A stretch of DNA of 64,000 nt. It comes from Squalus acanthias. Lineage: Eukaryota. The first letter of the stretch is position 1. Every line of letters begins with the position of its first letter. Under the pieces are notes generated by a model. It ran no database searches. It was not told the DNA's origin and worked only from the letters and a program-made list of their open reading frames with translations. Below, one piece after another: positions 60,287-64,000 of this stretch. The position numbers and the translations under genes were made by a program. The stretch covers positions 15,006,001 through 15,070,000 of the forward strand of contig CM059433.1 in NCBI GenBank assembly GCA_030390025.1, written 5' to 3'.

Positions 60287-61276
60287 GCACCGGCATTACA
60301 GATGTTTTGGGAGAGGTGGTTGAGTTAGAAAATATTGATGTTGCAAATAAAGTTCATAATTTCCTCCTTAATGATTTACAGAACCAGACTGGAATATACA
60401 ACAATGATTAACACAGATAATGAACAATCATTTCATATGTAGCTCAAGGTTTAAATTTTCTAATTAAATGTTGATAGATAACTAGACTAAAGGCAGACCA
60501 TAGGTTTGAGACTTGATGCAGTGATCTGTGCAGATTTCTAAAACACTATACAGTACAGATATATTTTTAAAATATTTGTTCTTATGGAGTACATTAATTT
60601 AAACTTCAAATTGCAAAATCTATCTCATGAAGCATTTTTCATGTTCATAGCGATGACATTACATCACATTCTAATTACTGAAAGTAGTCTTCCTTTGAAA
60701 GTTCAGTAGCGAGAATGTTCAAAGCAATGCTCTGAACTCACTGTATTTAATTAGCATCAGCAGGGCACTGGAACTAAATCACAAAGGAGTTCAGTAAAGC
60801 ATCAAGTGCAGCCCCTTTCTGCTCTGATCTTCTCCCCTTACCTCTGCTCTTTTTTTGACATGAGGTTGAATATTTTGCATTGTTCACAGAAGGCGCGGGA
60901 ATGGAGCGGAACGGGATCTCTGCCTGTCTGAATGGAGGATGCCTAAGTCTACTGAATCTTCTATGGTCAGGCCCATTTACCAATTAAACAGCAAGCTCCT
61001 GGCACGAATGCTGCCTATTATTGGGAGCCCGCTTTTTGGGGCGGGGCCAGCAGAGTGCCTGGTACTGCTGCTGGGGTTTAAAGGCAGCAGCAGCAGTTGC
61101 AGGCAGAGGGTACTTGTGAAGGTAACAATTTCAGTGCAGTCAGGAAAGTGGAGCAGAGGCTGAGCAGAGCACTGGTACTCACTGATATCTCCTGGTGCTC
61201 CTGGTGCTAGTGCAGCAGAGGATGATGGCTCCCCTTTCACATCAAAGGACACTATCCACATAGATGAACTGTACAT

Positions 61277-61349
61277 TGGATTGCTCTACAGAGAGCCGGC
61301 ACAGACTCGATGGGCCGAATGGCCTCCTTCTGTGCCGTTATGACTCTAT
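61277..61349 (+). mobile_element. CR1 extreme 3' end; tail resumes at 62955-62967
   Basis: Matches 24833-24905. Confidence 0.85.
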
Positions 61350-62954
61350 GGCCACGATTTTGCCGGCGCTCAGTGGGCGGGTTTCGAGGCGGGTCAGAGG
61401 TTAAAGTCGTTTTGATTGACGGTGGGTTCCGAACCCGCCGTCAACCCGCCTCCACACAACCTTCCCAAGTGTCAGGTCCCCAATTTGCAAATGGACCTGA
61501 CACCTAGTGGCGGGAAAAGGGTTAAAGGCAATTAACTGCCTATTAACAGGTATTTGTGAGCAGTTTTTAGGGTCTTTTTCGATTTTCCAGCTTCTGGGTC
61601 GGGTTTTACGATGTCCGGACGACACGCCAGGTAAGTGTGGTGTGTTGTGAGTCTGGTCTGATGTTTGTGAAAAGATGACAGCTGCAGAAGTGGTGTCAAG
61701 GATGCCATGTTGCACATCGTGAGTTTCAGAGCAAAGAAAATGTTGGTTACTGCATTTTTAATACATATACAGATTTCTTTAGCTTACAAGTTTTTAAATT
61801 CAACTGTATGTCCAGTGCCACCTCATTGGGAGAACCTCTCTCACCAGTGACAGATCGATTCTGTCATCTCACCTGCAGCTGCCATCTATTCCAGCAACAT
61901 CGGAGCCAATGAAACAATCAGACCTTGGTCCTCCGAATCCTTCCACAATCATCCCAAACACCAGCATCACCAACCTCATCACCAACCTTCGCCGCCATCA
62001 CCTGATGCTGCACTGGACACAGGGCATCAACCCCTGACAACATTGCTGGCCGGGAGGCCAGTGATGGCATCACCATGGCCAGACTTTCTTCACTTGATGC
62101 TGTAAACCCTGGCTGCCACATGATGCACCAGGTTGACACCATCCCACACCAGCACCGTGAAGCATCCCTTTAATGTCCAAGCCATTCCATGCACACTCAT
62201 CACTATAGTGGGACCGGGGCGGCGGGGGGGTGGGCGGGGGGGGTGCGGCGGGGGGGTGGACAGTTGTGACTGAACAATCACTGGAACTCAGTAAGAAACA
62301 TTTCAATGTGCGCTCAGATCTGTCCAATAAGGGGCATTTTTTGAAAAATAGATTTCACAGTATGAAAACTCATTACCAGATACTTCACATGGACATTGGC
62401 TAAACCTCTCAAGTACCCACCCTTGTGTGTTGTTAATTGGTATGCTTGCAGTACAATGAGGGTGAGTGTGAGGGGTGGCTAGTGAGATGGGGAAGTGATA
62501 AAGTAGATAGAGAGGGTTGGGTGGAGGTGCAAGGTAAGTTGGTGTCCTGAACAGGTCTCTTCCACCCTTGGAAGGGAAGAGAACCTTCCTGCGTACTGTG
62601 ACTCCCTCCATAAGCATATGGAGGGAGTCATTGGAGAGCCTGGGTGCAAGAGTTCACCTTTGTGCAGTGATTGTCAGTGTTTTCAGCACCTCAATGCTGT
62701 CAAACACTGAAAAATCAACTGTCAAAATAAAATTGTGCATGGTCCCTTTAAGGAAACCGGCCGATGACGCGTCATCAAATGACGTCATCAGACCCGCTTC
62801 CTGTTAATTGGCTGGTAAGCCCACAGGGTGGGCTTAACAAGGCCAATCAAGGGAAAATCACGTCTGCAGAGCGGAGGCAGCTGGGTGGGCGGGACTGGAA
62901 CCTGGAAACCAACTGACCCGCCCCCATCCCGACACCGCTGAGAAAATCGCGGCC
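61350..62954. mobile_element. Internally deleted Harbinger (H8), TAT/TAA flanks
   Basis: TIRs GGCCACGATTTT / AAAATCGCGGCC; Myb N-terminal remnant (-) APRLSNDSLHMLMEGV..RRKVLFP at about 62560-62660. Confidence 0.8.
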
Positions 62955-63222
62955 TAAGACTCTATGAGGTGGCATTCAATGTCAATGCCATCTCAATCGC
63001 ACACAGGAGGTGGCTGCAAGTAAGAAAAAAGTCCGCCCAGTGAGATACAAATGAGTTCACACAGGGCTTCTGTAGCAAACTGAAAAAAAAAATTATTTCA
63101 GTCAAGGATGAACAGAATTAGTTTGTAATTGAAGCAGCAGTGGAGGTCCTTACATGAGCACTCTGTACGCCAATAAAAGGACAATAGAAGTAATACAGTT
63201 TGCTGAGAAAGGGTTTGCCTAC

Positions 63223-63826
63223 CTTCACACTTCTTTTTATCAATGGAATCGTGTGCTTGAATATTTTATGCCACATTCGGCTTATTGACTTCTGAGAAAG
63301 TCACAGAGTGGCATTTAGAACTTAAAATGTCAATTCTATCTCAGTATGATTTCATAACAATATCCTATCACAGGCATTAATATTACACTGACTGCCTCTT
63401 AATCCAGAGTCGTCCTTCACATCCATTTTAATTTTTTTCAGATTTGAACACTCAGACATAACCTTCCCAACTCTGGACTTTAAATGTAACAGCTCTCTCT
63501 TATTAGATTCCTGGATACGTGTCTGTGGCTCAGATAAGCATGAATTGAATTCAACACATTCTGGACCTGTTTTGCCAGCAATGTTTTCAATATCTGTACA
63601 TTCAAACATTGTGCTGCTGCCACAGATTGCTAGTTGTCTAGTTGAAAAGAGCCTTAGCTGGTCTTCACTGTTTTCTGTGTAGTAAGCATCACAGAAGACG
63701 GGAACGATTTGACGGACAACACGACTGCGGAGAGACAGATAACGGGCGTAATTATCCAAAATGATCGGCTCCCAGTATCTGCCATACCAGCTGAGCTCGT
63801 GCTGGTCAGCAGGGGAGGGGGAATTT
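63223..63826 (-). pseudogene. Candidate non-repetitive host exon, open from 63826 to the stop at 63352; identity unknown
   Basis: Pyrimidine tract plus AG at 63827-63828; open frame NSPSPADQHELSWYGRYWEPIILDNYARYLSLRSRVVRQIVPVFCDAYY..; donor GAAG|GTAGGC at 63223. Confidence 0.4.
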
Positions 63827-64000
63827 CTTCACAGAGACAGGGGGAAAATCAGAGTGTAGGTCAAACTAGGTGGCTGTCAGATGCCTTCTCATGGCAATGT
63901 ACACAGCTTTATTAGCAGAAAGCTAGAAACAGCTCGCTGGCTTATCCCGAGTTAGCAAATTGTGCGTCACGAAGAAGGAGCTAAAGCGGGTTAAAAAAAA

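Noticed and set aside
1..64000. RNA-guided nuclease (Fanzor/TnpB) or prokaryotic defence system
   Set aside because: No RuvC or zinc-finger motif set and no operon structure seen; all long ORFs are explained by LINE or Harbinger proteins.

Overview
Eukaryotic, transposon-dense DNA, most likely from a cartilaginous fish. This is inferred from the CR1 LINEs with an SGNH-esterase ORF1, the DeuSINE-type SINEs and the Penelope tails. No intact host protein-coding gene, rRNA, tRNA or CRISPR array is visible, and most ORFs in the track are transposon fragments or antisense shadows. The window is a nest of CR1-group LINEs, one RTE, an L2-like tail, DeuSINEs, Penelope-like elements with hammerhead ribozymes, four probable solo LTRs and about 16 PIF/Harbinger elements or derivatives. 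One Harbinger (24906-29053) is full length: it has TIRs, a TAT TSD, an intact 386-aa DDE transposase, and a 3-exon Myb/SANT partner gene broken only by one extra G in a G9 run. Patterns not explained by simple labels: (i) a perfect CRE (TGACGTCA) about 167-174 bp from the terminus in eight different Harbinger ends; (ii) a non-autonomous Harbinger-type family with hairpins kept by compensatory changes, housekeeping-promoter motifs and stacked splice donors; (iii) a shared extended target site, with two different Harbingers at the identical base of the CR1 3' tail; (iv) a Penelope insertion with an inverted terminal repeat, two hammerheads and a 14-bp TSD; (v) a 1.6-kb solo LTR containing a candidate basic spliced exon; (vi) remnants of a decayed minus-strand multi-exon host gene. 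All calls are by eye, without database searches.
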